Origin: Oscillibacter sp.
GTDB lineage: Bacteria; Bacillota; Clostridia; Oscillospirales; Oscillospiraceae
Length of the DNA stretch: 60,336 nt
Reading direction: 5' to 3'
NCBI GenBank assembly: GCA_003522105.1
Contig: DPGF01000072.1
Span: 1-60,336, forward strand
Shown here: piece after piece, positions 1-7,982 of the stretch
Numbering within the stretch: the first letter of the stretch is position 1
Layout of the letters: each line of letters opens with the position of its first letter
Program-made: the position numbers and the translations under genes
The notes under the pieces: generated by a model
What the model was told of the DNA's origin: nothing
Databases searched by the model: none
The model's input: only the letters and a program-made list of their open reading frames with translations

Positions 1-3
1 AAT

Positions 4-25
4 ACCTCGTCAAATTCAAATTTAT
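4..25 (-). repeat. Cassette-boundary motif copy 2 (minus strand ATAAATTTGAATTTGACGAGGT)
   Basis: 18/22 identical to 359-380. It lies just after the cargo gene stop and ends in a GAGGT RBS-like sequence for the next gene outside the window. Confidence 0.6.
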
Positions 26-48
26 CTAACTGTTTTATGAATTAAAAT

Positions 49-352
49 CTACTGATTGTAATGATACAACACTTCTTTTCCATGCCTTTCAGCATACTCA
101 ATTTCTTTTTTCACAGATGTTCCAATATAACCATCCATATTTACAACATATATTCCATCACTTAAATCTATTTTTCTGTAATGAGCATCTTCAAGTTTTA
201 AAAGTTCATCTTCAGTTGGAACAATATTATCTTCACAATAAACACATTGTAATATATTATATCTTATATCCTTTGCTTATTTCAAGGTCATAAGCAATTT
301 TTTTCATATCTTCGGCAAATTTCATGCTTCCACAAATTGTATAAGTTTTCAC
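49..352 (-). pseudogene. Small cargo protein (98 aa when repaired), probable nucleoside-deoxyribosyltransferase-like fold, frameshifted by a 7-bp duplication
   Basis: GTG start at 352 with GAGGTG RBS. Removing one TTATATC copy (257-263 or 264-270) gives MKTYTICGSMKFAEDMKKIAYDLEISKGYNILQCVYCEDNIVPTEDELLKLEDAHYRKIDLSDGIYVVNMDGYIGTSVKKEIEYAERHGKEVLYHYNQ*. The fold call rests on the KID.SD.IYV.N..GYIG..EI.YA...GK motif. Confidence 0.7.
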
Positions 353-358
353 CCAATC

Positions 359-380
359 ACCTCATCAAATTCCGATTTGT
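359..380 (-). repeat. Cassette-boundary motif copy 1 (minus strand ACAAATCGGAATTTGATGAGGT)
   Basis: Imperfect palindrome CAAAT-N5-ATTTG fused to the RBS of the cargo gene. A second copy is at 4-25. Confidence 0.6.
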
Positions 381-400
381 TGCTCACTTTTTGTATTCAA

Positions 401-430
401 ATTATACCATAAAACTTGTGAACATTTCTA
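401..430 (-). promoter_or_regulatory. Extended -10 sigma-A promoter driving the cargo gene(s)
   Basis: Minus strand TGGTATAAT (409-401), located between the tnpV hairpin and motif copy 1. Confidence 0.6.
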
Positions 431-453
431 CCGCAACTTTGGACTATATGAGA

Positions 454-483
454 AAAGTCCGAACAGTTTTCTGCCCGGACTTC
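454..483 (-). terminator. Hairpin after tnpV
   Basis: Minus strand AAGTCCGGGCAG-AAAA-CTGTTCGGACTT followed by TTCT. Confidence 0.45.
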
Positions 484-488
484 CTCGC

Positions 489-673
489 TCAATCATAAAT
501 CAATTCCGCTTTCACAATCTCCTCTGCCTGTGCCTTGCAAGCGTTCATCTGCCGCACCCATTCCATTTGGTGTCGGCTTTCTGTTTCTCGGTCACGCCGT
601 TTCGCTTCGCCAACTCCGGCACGATCAGCTCCATGCGGTTTCGTGCCGCTTCGTCAATCTTAGCGCAATACTG
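489..673 (-). pseudogene. tnpV: TnpV (transposon-encoded protein) C-terminal remnant, 5'-truncated and frameshifted
   Basis: QYCAKIDEAARNRMELIVPELAKRNGVTEKQKAD, then a 1-nt deletion near 570, then QMEWVRQMNACKAQAEEIVKAELIYD*. This matches the typical TnpV GVTE.LKA..QMEWV..MN....AEEIV..ELIY signature. Confidence 0.8.
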
Positions 674-848
674 TCTTACGTACACCCAGCAATAAGCAGG
701 TGCTTTTTTACAGCACTTCCGCGCTTTTTCGTGCGTTTTTTCTTCAAAATGGCATTTACTTTTCCACCGCTTTGGTATATGCTACTTGAATAGGTCAACA
801 GCTGCGCTGCACCGATAAAGTCAGCGCCGCCCGACAGGAGGGAGAGCG

Positions 849-1493
849 ATGGACTGCCGTGATTCTGCGCTGTTTTCCGGCGTGGACGAAGCGTCGTGCG
901 AAAACATGCTGCGCTGTTTCAGCGCCTATGAGCAGCGCTTCACTTCCGGGCAGACGATCCTCACCTGCGGTCAGCAGCAGGATATGATCGGCGTGCTGCT
1001 CTCCGGAAGTGCCGCGCTTTTGCGCCTGCATCCGGACGGCAACAGCACCGTGCTCGAATCTCTGGAGGAGGGCAGCGTCTTCGGCGAAGAGCTGGCGTTC
1101 ACCGGCTTTCGCGACGGCAGCGCGCTCATCGAGTGCCGCGAGGATTGCCGCGTGGTCTTCATGCGCTACGACCAGATCACCAAGAGGTGCGAAAATGCCT
1201 GTGCCTGCCACAGTCAGGTCGTAACGAATCTCTTCCAGTTGTTGTCAAAAAAATCCCTTCACCTCAGCCGCCGGGTCGAGGTGCTTGCCTGCCGCTCCAT
1301 CCGGGAAAAGCTGCTGTGCTTTTTCGAGCAGCTCGCCGACGAGCATGGCAGCCGGACGTTCCCCCTGCCGTTTTCCCTCAGCGCGCTTGCCGATTACATC
1401 AGCGCAGACCGCAGCGCCATGATGCGCGAGATGCGCAAAATGCGCGAAGAGGGGCTGATCTGCACGGAGGGCCGCAGCGTCACGCTGCGCTGA
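849..1493 (+). CDS. Crp/Fnr family transcriptional regulator (Cys-rich)
   Basis: cNMP-binding domain (GSVFGEEL), CENACACH cluster, C-terminal HTH (LADYISADRSAMMRE); RBS AGGAGG. Confidence 0.9.
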   Translation: MDCRDSALFSGVDEASCENMLRCFSAYEQRFTSGQTILTCGQQQDMIGVLLSGSAALLRLHPDGNSTVLESLEEGSVFGEELAFTGFRDGSALIECREDCRVVFMRYDQITKRCENACACHSQVVTNLFQLLSKKSLHLSRRVEVLACRSIREKLLCFFEQLADEHGSRTFPLPFSLSALADYISADRSAMMREMRKMREEGLICTEGRSVTLR

Positions 1494-1586
1494 CGTCCCG
1501 CGTGCGCCCCATACTTATTCAGTCCCGCCCGCTGTTCTTTCGGAACGGCCGGGCGATGAATCACGAATGAAAAGGAGAAACCGTTC

Positions 1587-2429
1587 ATGTATCGCATCGT
1601 GAAAAAAGAAGCGCTCAAGCCCACCGTGACTCTCTACGAGATCGAGGCGCCGATGGTAGCGAAGAAGGCCGAGCCCGGCCAGTTTATCATCCTGCGCGTC
1701 GATGAAAACGGTGAACGAATCCCCATCACCATCCACGACTACGATCGGGAGAAGGGCACCGTCACCATCATCGTACAGACGATCGGCGCCACCACCGAAA
1801 AGCTCAGACACAAGGCCGAAGGCGAGTTCCTTCAGGACTTTGTCGGCCCGCTCGGCCGTCCGACCGAGACCGAGGGCAAGAAGAAGGTCTGCGTCGTCGG
1901 CGGCGGTGTCGGCTGTGCCATCGCCTACCCCGTTTTGAAGAAGTTCCACGACTGCGGCGCGGAAGTCCATGCGGTCGTCGGTTTCAAGAGCAAGGATCTT
2001 GTGATCCTTGAGGATAAGTTCCGCGAGGTCTCCAGCGTTCTCAAGCTGATGACGGACGACGGCACTTACGGCGAAAAGGGTCTCGTGACCGACGCGCTCA
2101 AGCAGCTCATCGAGGACGGCAACCAGTATGACGAGATCTTCGCCATCGGCCCTGCCATGATGATGAAGTTCGTCTCCAAGACCACCGAGCCTTACGGCAT
2201 CCCCACCACCGTTTCCATGAGCCCGATCATGGTCGACGGCACCGGCATGTGCGGCGGCTGCCGCCTCACCGTCGGCGGCGAGACCAAGTTCGCCTGCGTC
2301 GACGGCCCGGACTTTGATGGTCACAAGGTCGACTGGGACGAGAGTCTCAAGCGCGGCAAGATGTACTTCGACTGGGAGCGTCACAAATACGAAGAAACCT
2401 GCAACCTGTTCAGCAAGGAGGTTCAGTAA
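1587..2429 (+). CDS. nfnA: Electron-bifurcating transhydrogenase small subunit (FNR-like FAD/2Fe-2S)
   Basis: PGQFIILR, GERIPITI, VGGGVG and MVDGTGMCGGCR...CVDGP motifs; paired with a GltD-like gene. Confidence 0.88.
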   Translation: MYRIVKKEALKPTVTLYEIEAPMVAKKAEPGQFIILRVDENGERIPITIHDYDREKGTVTIIVQTIGATTEKLRHKAEGEFLQDFVGPLGRPTETEGKKKVCVVGGGVGCAIAYPVLKKFHDCGAEVHAVVGFKSKDLVILEDKFREVSSVLKLMTDDGTYGEKGLVTDALKQLIEDGNQYDEIFAIGPAMMMKFVSKTTEPYGIPTTVSMSPIMVDGTGMCGGCRLTVGGETKFACVDGPDFDGHKVDWDESLKRGKMYFDWERHKYEETCNLFSKEVQ

Positions 2430-2430
2430 G

Positions 2431-3819
2431 ATGCCTAACATGAGTTTGAAGAAAAACGCAATGCCCTCTCAGGACCCCAACGTCCGCAACAAGAACTTTC
2501 TGGAGGTCGCCCTCGGCTATACCGAGGAGCAGGCGCTCGACGAAGCAGCACGCTGCCTGAACTGCAAGAATCATCCCTGCGTTTCCGGCTGCCCTGTGCA
2601 GGTCAAGATCCCCGAGTTCATCCAGAAGATCACCGAGAAGGATTACGAGGGCGCCTATCAGGTCATCCACGAGACCTCCTCCCTCCCCGCCGTCTGCGGC
2701 CGTGTCTGCCCGCAGGAAACGCAGTGCGAATCGAAGTGCATTCGCGGCATCAAGGGTGAGCCGGTCGGCATCGGCCGTCTTGAGCGCTTTGTCGCCGACT
2801 GGCACAACGCAAACGTGCAGGAAGCGCCCGCCAAGCCTGCCTCCAACGGCCATAAGGTCGCCGTCATCGGCTCCGGCCCGAGCGGCCTCACCTGCGCAGG
2901 CGACCTTGCCAAGAAGGGCTACAACGTCACCGTTTTTGAAGCGCTCCACCTTGCCGGCGGCGTGCTGGTCTACGGTATCCCCGAGTTCCGTCTGCCGAAG
3001 GCCATCGTGCAGAAGGAAGTCGACGGCCTGAAGGCGCTCGGCGTCAAGGTCGAGACAAACATGGTCATCGGCCGCGTCGTCTCCATCGACGAGCTGATGA
3101 GCGAGTATGGCTTCGAGGCTGTGTTCATCGGCTCCGGCGCGGGTCTTCCGATGTTCATGCACATTCCCGGCGAGAACCTCTGCGGCGTTTATTCCGCCAA
3201 CGAGTTCCTCACGCGCATCAACCTGATGAAGGCCTACAAGGAAGGCTCCGACACGCCCATCATGCCGCTTGCCGGCAAGAAGGTCGCCGTCGTCGGCGGC
3301 GGCAACGTCGCCATGGACGCCGCGCGCTGCTCCAAGCGTCTGGGCGCCGATGTTTACATCGTCTACCGCCGCGGCATGGAAGAGCTTCCCGCCCGTCGTG
3401 AAGAAGTTGAGCACGCCGAGGAAGAGGGCATCATCTTCAAGACGCTCAATAACCCCGTCAAGATCAACGGTGATGACAAGGGCTATGTCTCTTCCATGAC
3501 CTGCGTTGAGATGGAGCTGGGCGAACCCGACGCTTCCGGCCGTCGCCGCCCGATCGAGAAGGTCGGCAGCGAGTTCGATCTGCCGGTCGACTGCGTCATC
3601 ATGTCCCTTGGCACCACGCCGAACCCGCTCATCAAGAACACCACTCCGGGCCTTGAGGTCAACCGCAAGGGCGGCATCGTGGTCAACGAAGAGGGTCTTA
3701 CCTCCCATCAGAACGTCTACGCCGGCGGCGACGCCGTCACCGGCGCAGCCACCGTTATCCTTGCCATGGGCGCGGGCAAGCTCGCCGCCAAGAGCATCGA
3801 TGAAGCACTGAGCAAATAA
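2431..3819 (+). CDS. nfnB: Electron-bifurcating transhydrogenase large subunit (GltD-like, 4Fe-4S/FAD)
   Basis: EAARCLNC...CVSGCP, CGRVCPQETQCE, GSGPSG, GGGNVAMD and AGGDAVTG motifs; ATG at 2431 with AAGGAGG RBS. Confidence 0.88.
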   Translation: MPNMSLKKNAMPSQDPNVRNKNFLEVALGYTEEQALDEAARCLNCKNHPCVSGCPVQVKIPEFIQKITEKDYEGAYQVIHETSSLPAVCGRVCPQETQCESKCIRGIKGEPVGIGRLERFVADWHNANVQEAPAKPASNGHKVAVIGSGPSGLTCAGDLAKKGYNVTVFEALHLAGGVLVYGIPEFRLPKAIVQKEVDGLKALGVKVETNMVIGRVVSIDELMSEYGFEAVFIGSGAGLPMFMHIPGENLCGVYSANEFLTRINLMKAYKEGSDTPIMPLAGKKVAVVGGGNVAMDAARCSKRLGADVYIVYRRGMEELPARREEVEHAEEEGIIFKTLNNPVKINGDDKGYVSSMTCVEMELGEPDASGRRRPIEKVGSEFDLPVDCVIMSLGTTPNPLIKNTTPGLEVNRKGGIVVNEEGLTSHQNVYAGGDAVTGAATVILAMGAGKLAAKSIDEALSK

Positions 3820-3829
3820 CTTTATCAGC

Positions 3830-3867
3830 GAAAGCGCGCAGAAGAGTACGCTTCTGCGCGCTTTCTC
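3830..3867 (+). terminator. Intrinsic terminator-like hairpin after nfnAB
   Basis: GAAAGCGCGCAGAAG / CTTCTGCGCGCTTTC perfect 15-bp inverted repeat. Confidence 0.7.
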
Positions 3868-3895
3868 AACACCAATCTCACGGAGGAGAGTTATT

Positions 3896-4426
3896 ATGAA
3901 TCTTTGGCATGATATCGCACCGGCGCGCGTGCGCCCCGAGGACTTCTTCGCGGTCATCGAGATCGAGAAGGGTTCGAAAAACAAGTACGAGATGGACAAG
4001 GAGACCGGCGCGCTGCGCCTCGACCGCATTCTCTACACCTCGACTCATTATCCCGCCAACTACGGCTTCATTCCCCGCACCTGGGCGGACGACGGGGACC
4101 CGCTGGACGTTCTGGTGCTCTGCTCAGAGTGCATTCGTCCGCTGAGCCTTGTGGAGTGCTACCCCATCGGCGTCATTTCGATGGAGGACAGCGGCAGCCT
4201 TGACGAGAAGATCATCGCCATTCCTTTCCAGGATCCCACCTACAACACCTATCAGGACATTTCGGAGCTGCCGAACCACGTGGCAAGCGAAATTCGTCAT
4301 TTCTTCCGCGTGTATAAGAGCCTTGAGGGCAAGGAGACCATCGTCAGCGACGTCCTCGGCCGCGAGGAAGCTATCAAGATCATCATCAACTGCCAGAACG
4401 CCTATATTGAGAAATATTGCCGCTGA
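3896..4426 (+). CDS. ppa: Family I inorganic pyrophosphatase
   Basis: KNKYE.DKETG, YPANYGFIPRT, DDGDPLDVLV and DEKIIA motifs. Confidence 0.95.
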   Translation: MNLWHDIAPARVRPEDFFAVIEIEKGSKNKYEMDKETGALRLDRILYTSTHYPANYGFIPRTWADDGDPLDVLVLCSECIRPLSLVECYPIGVISMEDSGSLDEKIIAIPFQDPTYNTYQDISELPNHVASEIRHFFRVYKSLEGKETIVSDVLGREEAIKIIINCQNAYIEKYCR

Positions 4427-4483
4427 ACAAAGCATCTGCCACCGCACCTTTGAAAACAAGATCATGTAAGGGAGGATACCCCC

Positions 4484-6187
4484 ATGCGCAAGCTGTTCAT
4501 CGCGCTCCTGTCGGCGCTGCTCTGCCTGCTGCTGTCCGTTTCCGCGCTGGCAGCGGACGGGTTGAGTACCTTTCAGGAAACGCAGACCTATCAGCCCGGA
4601 ATGTTTTCCGACGTCAAAGCGGGCAGCTGGTATGAAGCCGGCGTCCGCGCTGTGTACACCCGCGGCATCATGAACGGCACGGGCGGAAAAGCTTTCGCTC
4701 CCAGCCAGACAATCACTTGGGCGCAGGCTGCTGCCATTGCCGCGCGCATCCACGCCGCCTGCGGCGGCGCGGAAATCGCCGCCGCGGAGGGTCAGTGGTA
4801 CGAGCCGTACCTCGCCTATGCCGCGCAGGCAAAGCTGCTGCCGTCCACCTGCCCGGAGGGCGCCGCCGCCGCGTCAACGACCATCACCCGTCAGGAGCTG
4901 GCAGGGCTGTTCGCCAACGTGCTGCGCGCGGACGACCTGCCCCCGCTCAACGATCAGAGCATCCCTGACCTTGCTGCTGTGGATGCGGAGTTCCGCGCCG
5001 CAGTGCAGCGGATGTACGCCGCAGGCGTCTTTACCGGCAAGGACGGAGGGCGTTTCGATCCGAAGGGTTCCGCCACGCGCGCGGAGATCGCTGTGATCGT
5101 CAGCCGTCTGCTGCTGCCCGGCCAGCGCGTCAGCCATGACAGCCGCATCAATACCGCCATGTCCGCTCAGATGGGCAACTACTATCAGGGCGGACTTGCC
5201 GTGCAGTCCGGTGATACGGTCTACTACGGGTTCCGCGACGACCGGAAAGCCGACAGCGGAGAATGCTACGGCCTTATCGCCCGCAAGACGGACGGCAGCA
5301 CGAAAACAGTTTTCACTTCGAACCGTGCACCGGACAGCCTTTACCTCAGTGAGGACGGTGCGTTCTACTTCCTGTGTTGGGAAAAGCTGCTCCGCTACGA
5401 CCCCGCCGCCGACAAGCTCGAGGAGGTCTACGCCGCAAAGGGCAAGATCGACTCGTTCCAGATCTATGACGGCAGGCTCTATGTGCTGGAAAATTACTCC
5501 GGCGACTCCAACTATTCGGATCAATGGCGCTACCGCTTCGGCTGCGTGGAAAACGGGCAGTTCAGAAGTCTGATGGACGGCATTACGTTCAATCAGGTAA
5601 TCAACATGGACCGTTTCCATATTTTCAACAACAAGGCGTATTTCCTCTTTGGGGACAGCACGGAGCCTTCCAGCAGCGGAAGCGGCTATGTTTTCTACAA
5701 CTATGCGCTCTGGTCGCTTGACCTTGAGACCGGTCAAAAAGGCCGCGCGGTGGATATCGACGACTTTGATATGAGTGAGATCGCCTTTGACGGCGCGACC
5801 GCCTACGCACTGGAGTGGGATAAGGATGATACAGTCCCCCTGCGCATCGTCCGCTTCAGCCTGCTCCGACCGGAGCTGCGCGAGGTCATGGCGACCCTTC
5901 CGATGGAAGCGAAGGAGCTCTATCTTCTTCTTTTTGCCAACGGCGGAGATCTGTACTACCTGTCCTCCGGTGCGCATCGCCTGTGGCATATCGGCAGTAA
6001 CGGCGACGTCACGGTAAGCGCACAGCTTCCCTGGGGAGATCGTACGTTTGAGTATGCGACCGTCACGCCGCAGGGCGTTCTGTTCCACGATGTAAGCTCT
6101 CTTCGTATGAATGATTCCTCCGTGTTCCGTGTCCGTCTTCCGGACGGCTCGGTTGTGAACTGCCTTGATTTCCTGGGCCTCAACTGA
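4484..6187 (+). CDS. Secreted S-layer homology (SLH) domain protein with probable beta-propeller C-terminal region
   Basis: Signal peptide; SLH motifs FSDV..GSWY, GIMNG, ITRQE, GVFTG...FDPKGSATRAE; aromatic beta-rich C-terminus. Confidence 0.8.
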   Translation: MRKLFIALLSALLCLLLSVSALAADGLSTFQETQTYQPGMFSDVKAGSWYEAGVRAVYTRGIMNGTGGKAFAPSQTITWAQAAAIAARIHAACGGAEIAAAEGQWYEPYLAYAAQAKLLPSTCPEGAAAASTTITRQELAGLFANVLRADDLPPLNDQSIPDLAAVDAEFRAAVQRMYAAGVFTGKDGGRFDPKGSATRAEIAVIVSRLLLPGQRVSHDSRINTAMSAQMGNYYQGGLAVQSGDTVYYGFRDDRKADSGECYGLIARKTDGSTKTVFTSNRAPDSLYLSEDGAFYFLCWEKLLRYDPAADKLEEVYAAKGKIDSFQIYDGRLYVLENYSGDSNYSDQWRYRFGCVENGQFRSLMDGITFNQVINMDRFHIFNNKAYFLFGDSTEPSSSGSGYVFYNYALWSLDLETGQKGRAVDIDDFDMSEIAFDGATAYALEWDKDDTVPLRIVRFSLLRPELREVMATLPMEAKELYLLLFANGGDLYYLSSGAHRLWHIGSNGDVTVSAQLPWGDRTFEYATVTPQGVLFHDVSSLRMNDSSVFRVRLPDGSVVNCLDFLGLN

Positions 6188-6204
6188 ATCATCAACCGCC
6201 TGAA

Positions 6205-6239
6205 AATAAGGAGAGCAGATAAAATCTGCTCTCCTTATT
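6205..6239. terminator. Bidirectional terminator between the SLH gene and trxA
   Basis: AATAAGGAGAGCAGAT-AAA-ATCTGCTCTCCTTATT perfect inverted repeat. Confidence 0.75.
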
Positions 6240-6343
6240 CTTTATTCCGTGCCGCCGCAAAGGGCAAGGTACTGCTCCTGCAGGATAAACAGTCCCGCGG
6301 CACGACTGTGCCGCGGGGACTTTGGCAGTCTCTCCCATCGGCG

Positions 6344-6661
6344 TTACGTGCCTTGTACCATGGCAAGGAGCTGCGCCTTGGGACGGTAACCCACGGACTT
6401 GGCAACAGCCTTGCCGTTCTTAAAGAGCACCACCATCGGAATGCTGGACACCTGAAAGCGCATGGCGAGCTCCATCTGCTCGTCCACATTGACCTTGCCG
6501 ACCTTGAGGGTATCGGCATATTCCTCGGCGATCTCATGCAGCACGGGGGAGAGCATTTTGCAGGGGCCGCACCAGTTGGCGTAAAAGTCCAGCAGGACGG
6601 GTTTGTCGGAGTGCAGCACTTCGGTTTCAAAATTCAAAGCAGTAATGTTCAGTTCAGCCAT
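6344..6661 (-). CDS. trxA: Thioredoxin
   Basis: WCGPC active site, 105 aa, AAAGGAG RBS. Confidence 0.95.
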   Translation of the reverse strand: MAELNITALNFETEVLHSDKPVLLDFYANWCGPCKMLSPVLHEIAEEYADTLKVGKVNVDEQMELAMRFQVSSIPMVVLFKNGKAVAKSVGYRPKAQLLAMVQGT

Positions 6662-6718
6662 GGGGAAGGCTCCTTTCTTTGTTGTGGTCTTATCATACCG
6701 CGAAGACCGGCGGATCTC

Positions 6719-6733
6719 TGTGACAAAGTCACA
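6719..6733. promoter_or_regulatory. Crp/Fnr-like palindrome upstream of trxA
   Basis: TGTGAC-AAA-GTCACA, centred about -41 relative to a minus-strand TATGAT -10 at 6697-6692. Confidence 0.6.
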
Positions 6734-6740
6734 TTACCGC

Positions 6741-6785
6741 AAAAAAAGATCCGACGCACAAACGGCGTCGGATCTTTTCGTTTTC
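6741..6785 (-). terminator. Terminator of the membrane-protein operon
   Basis: AAAAGATCCGACGC / GCGTCGGATCTTTT inverted repeat with a T-run on the minus strand. Confidence 0.7.
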
Positions 6786-6787
6786 TC

Positions 6788-7453
6788 TTACTTGCACTCC
6801 TGCTTCATGGCGCGGTAGCCGATCAGCACCGTCCACACATAGGCGCAGGTCTTGGGGATCATCAGCATACCGATCATAGGGATCGTATCCGCCCACAGCA
6901 CCACGGGGATATAGAAGCCAAAGCTCAGCACGATGGTCAGCCACATCCAGCGGAAGGCGCTGTCGCTGCGCTCCTTCGCGCTGCGGTAGAAGAGCACGAT
7001 GATGAGAAGGCCCAGAATAGCGAAGGGAATGTTGCGGTAGATGCCCCAGGAAAGCGGGGAGGCGGCGCTCAGCCACTGGTTCTGCGGCATCATGCAGAGA
7101 ATGACGCGCGCGGCGGCAAGGCCGTACACGGCGGCGGTCAGTCCCGCCTTTCCCTTGATCTCATAGCGCTTGCGCCACACATAGTAGAGCAGCACATAGA
7201 AGACCGTCATCGTGATTGAGGTGATCCACTTGCCAAGCCCCAGGGAAACGGTATAGTTTTCAAGGCCTGTGGTGCACAGCGCCAGCGCGCGGGGAACAAG
7301 ATGGAACGAGTCGCCCGCGCCCAGCACCACGGCCATCAGACCGAAGAGCTTGAACTGGGCATTGCCGCGGCTGGCGCGGATCATCAGAACGCCGATGGTG
7401 ATGACCGAGATGAGATAAACAGCATCAAAAAGTGTTTCAACGATTGCCTGCAT
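6788..7453 (-). CDS. Conserved multi-pass membrane protein of unknown function
   Basis: About 7 hydrophobic segments; GDSFHLVPR and LMIPKT motifs; RBS AGAGGA. Confidence 0.8.
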   Translation of the reverse strand: MQAIVETLFDAVYLISVITIGVLMIRASRGNAQFKLFGLMAVVLGAGDSFHLVPRALALCTTGLENYTVSLGLGKWITSITMTVFYVLLYYVWRKRYEIKGKAGLTAAVYGLAAARVILCMMPQNQWLSAASPLSWGIYRNIPFAILGLLIIVLFYRSAKERSDSAFRWMWLTIVLSFGFYIPVVLWADTIPMIGMLMIPKTCAYVWTVLIGYRAMKQECK

Positions 7454-7455
7454 AG

Positions 7456-7905
7456 TTAGTTTCCTCTTTTCTTGAATGATTCGTTGTCCTTGGCGGCAGA
7501 AACCGCCTTGCCGAAGTTGCAGCCAAACAGCAGCCCCGCCAGCAGAAGCGAAGCGCCGAGACCGGTGTAGAAAAATGCGATGAAGCGCTCAGGCGCGAGC
7601 CCGCTTGACCGCAGCGCAATGCCGCCGCTCATCATCACCGCCATGATCGCAAAGGACTTGAGATCAAAGAACTTGAGGAAGAAGTGGCGCTCCTCCTCGT
7701 AGGCGCTGATGCGCGCGGTGTGCTTTTTGACGAGCTTCCCGAAAATAAATTTCTGGAAGACGGCAAAGACCACTGCTGACAGCAGATAGTTGACAAGCGC
7801 GCGGTAGGCGGGATACGCCGAAAGCCCGATGCGAAGAATGTTGAAGCCCGCCGCGCTCCACACAAGGCACGCGAGGAGCAGCAGGGTATTCCGTTTTACT
7901 TTTAT
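7456..7905 (-). CDS. Four-helix membrane protein (start uncertain: ATA at 7905 or ATG at 7929)
   Basis: Hydrophobic ORF KVKRNTLLLLACLVW...FYTGLG; the AGGAGG RBS precedes an ATA codon. Confidence 0.7.
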   Translation of the reverse strand: MKVKRNTLLLLACLVWSAAGFNILRIGLSAYPAYRALVNYLLSAVVFAVFQKFIFGKLVKKHTARISAYEEERHFFLKFFDLKSFAIMAVMMSGGIALRSSGLAPERFIAFFYTGLGASLLLAGLLFGCNFGKAVSAAKDNESFKKRGN

Positions 7906-7922
7906 AGGTGACCTCCTCTTGC

Positions 7923-7935
7923 TGAACATCGTTCA
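7923..7935. promoter_or_regulatory. Putative TetR operator, copy 1
   Basis: Palindrome TGAAC-ATC-GTTCA, identical to 8557-8569. Confidence 0.7.
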
Positions 7936-7982
7936 CTTTGCGAGATATAAAATTCCCACGGTGCGGTGGGAATTTTTTTGTT

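Larger units (their letters stand above)
1..680. mobile_element. AT-rich right edge of a decayed tnpV-carrying mobile element (cargo region), continuing left of the window
   Basis: Positions 1-450 are strongly AT-rich compared with the GC-rich genes from 849 onward. The region contains a tnpV remnant and a repeat-flanked cargo gene. The boundary is approximate. Confidence 0.7.

Noticed and set aside
530..793. 87-aa plus-strand ORF in the track
   Set aside because: It is antisense to the tnpV remnant, spans the crp promoter, and has no RBS or recognisable motif.
2431..3819. Glutamate synthase small subunit
   Set aside because: There is no gltB large subunit nearby; pairing with the FNR-like gene fits NfnAB.
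2410..4029. Long minus-strand ORF opposite nfnB, and similar ORFs opposite nfnA, GGGtGRT, trpB, ftsZ and the PBP gene
   Set aside because: These are antisense shadows of GC-biased codon usage; the opposite strand carries clear family motifs.
6291..6322. Second hairpin near the trxA 3' end as a REP-like repeat
   Set aside because: No other copy was recognised in the window; probably part of trxA termination.
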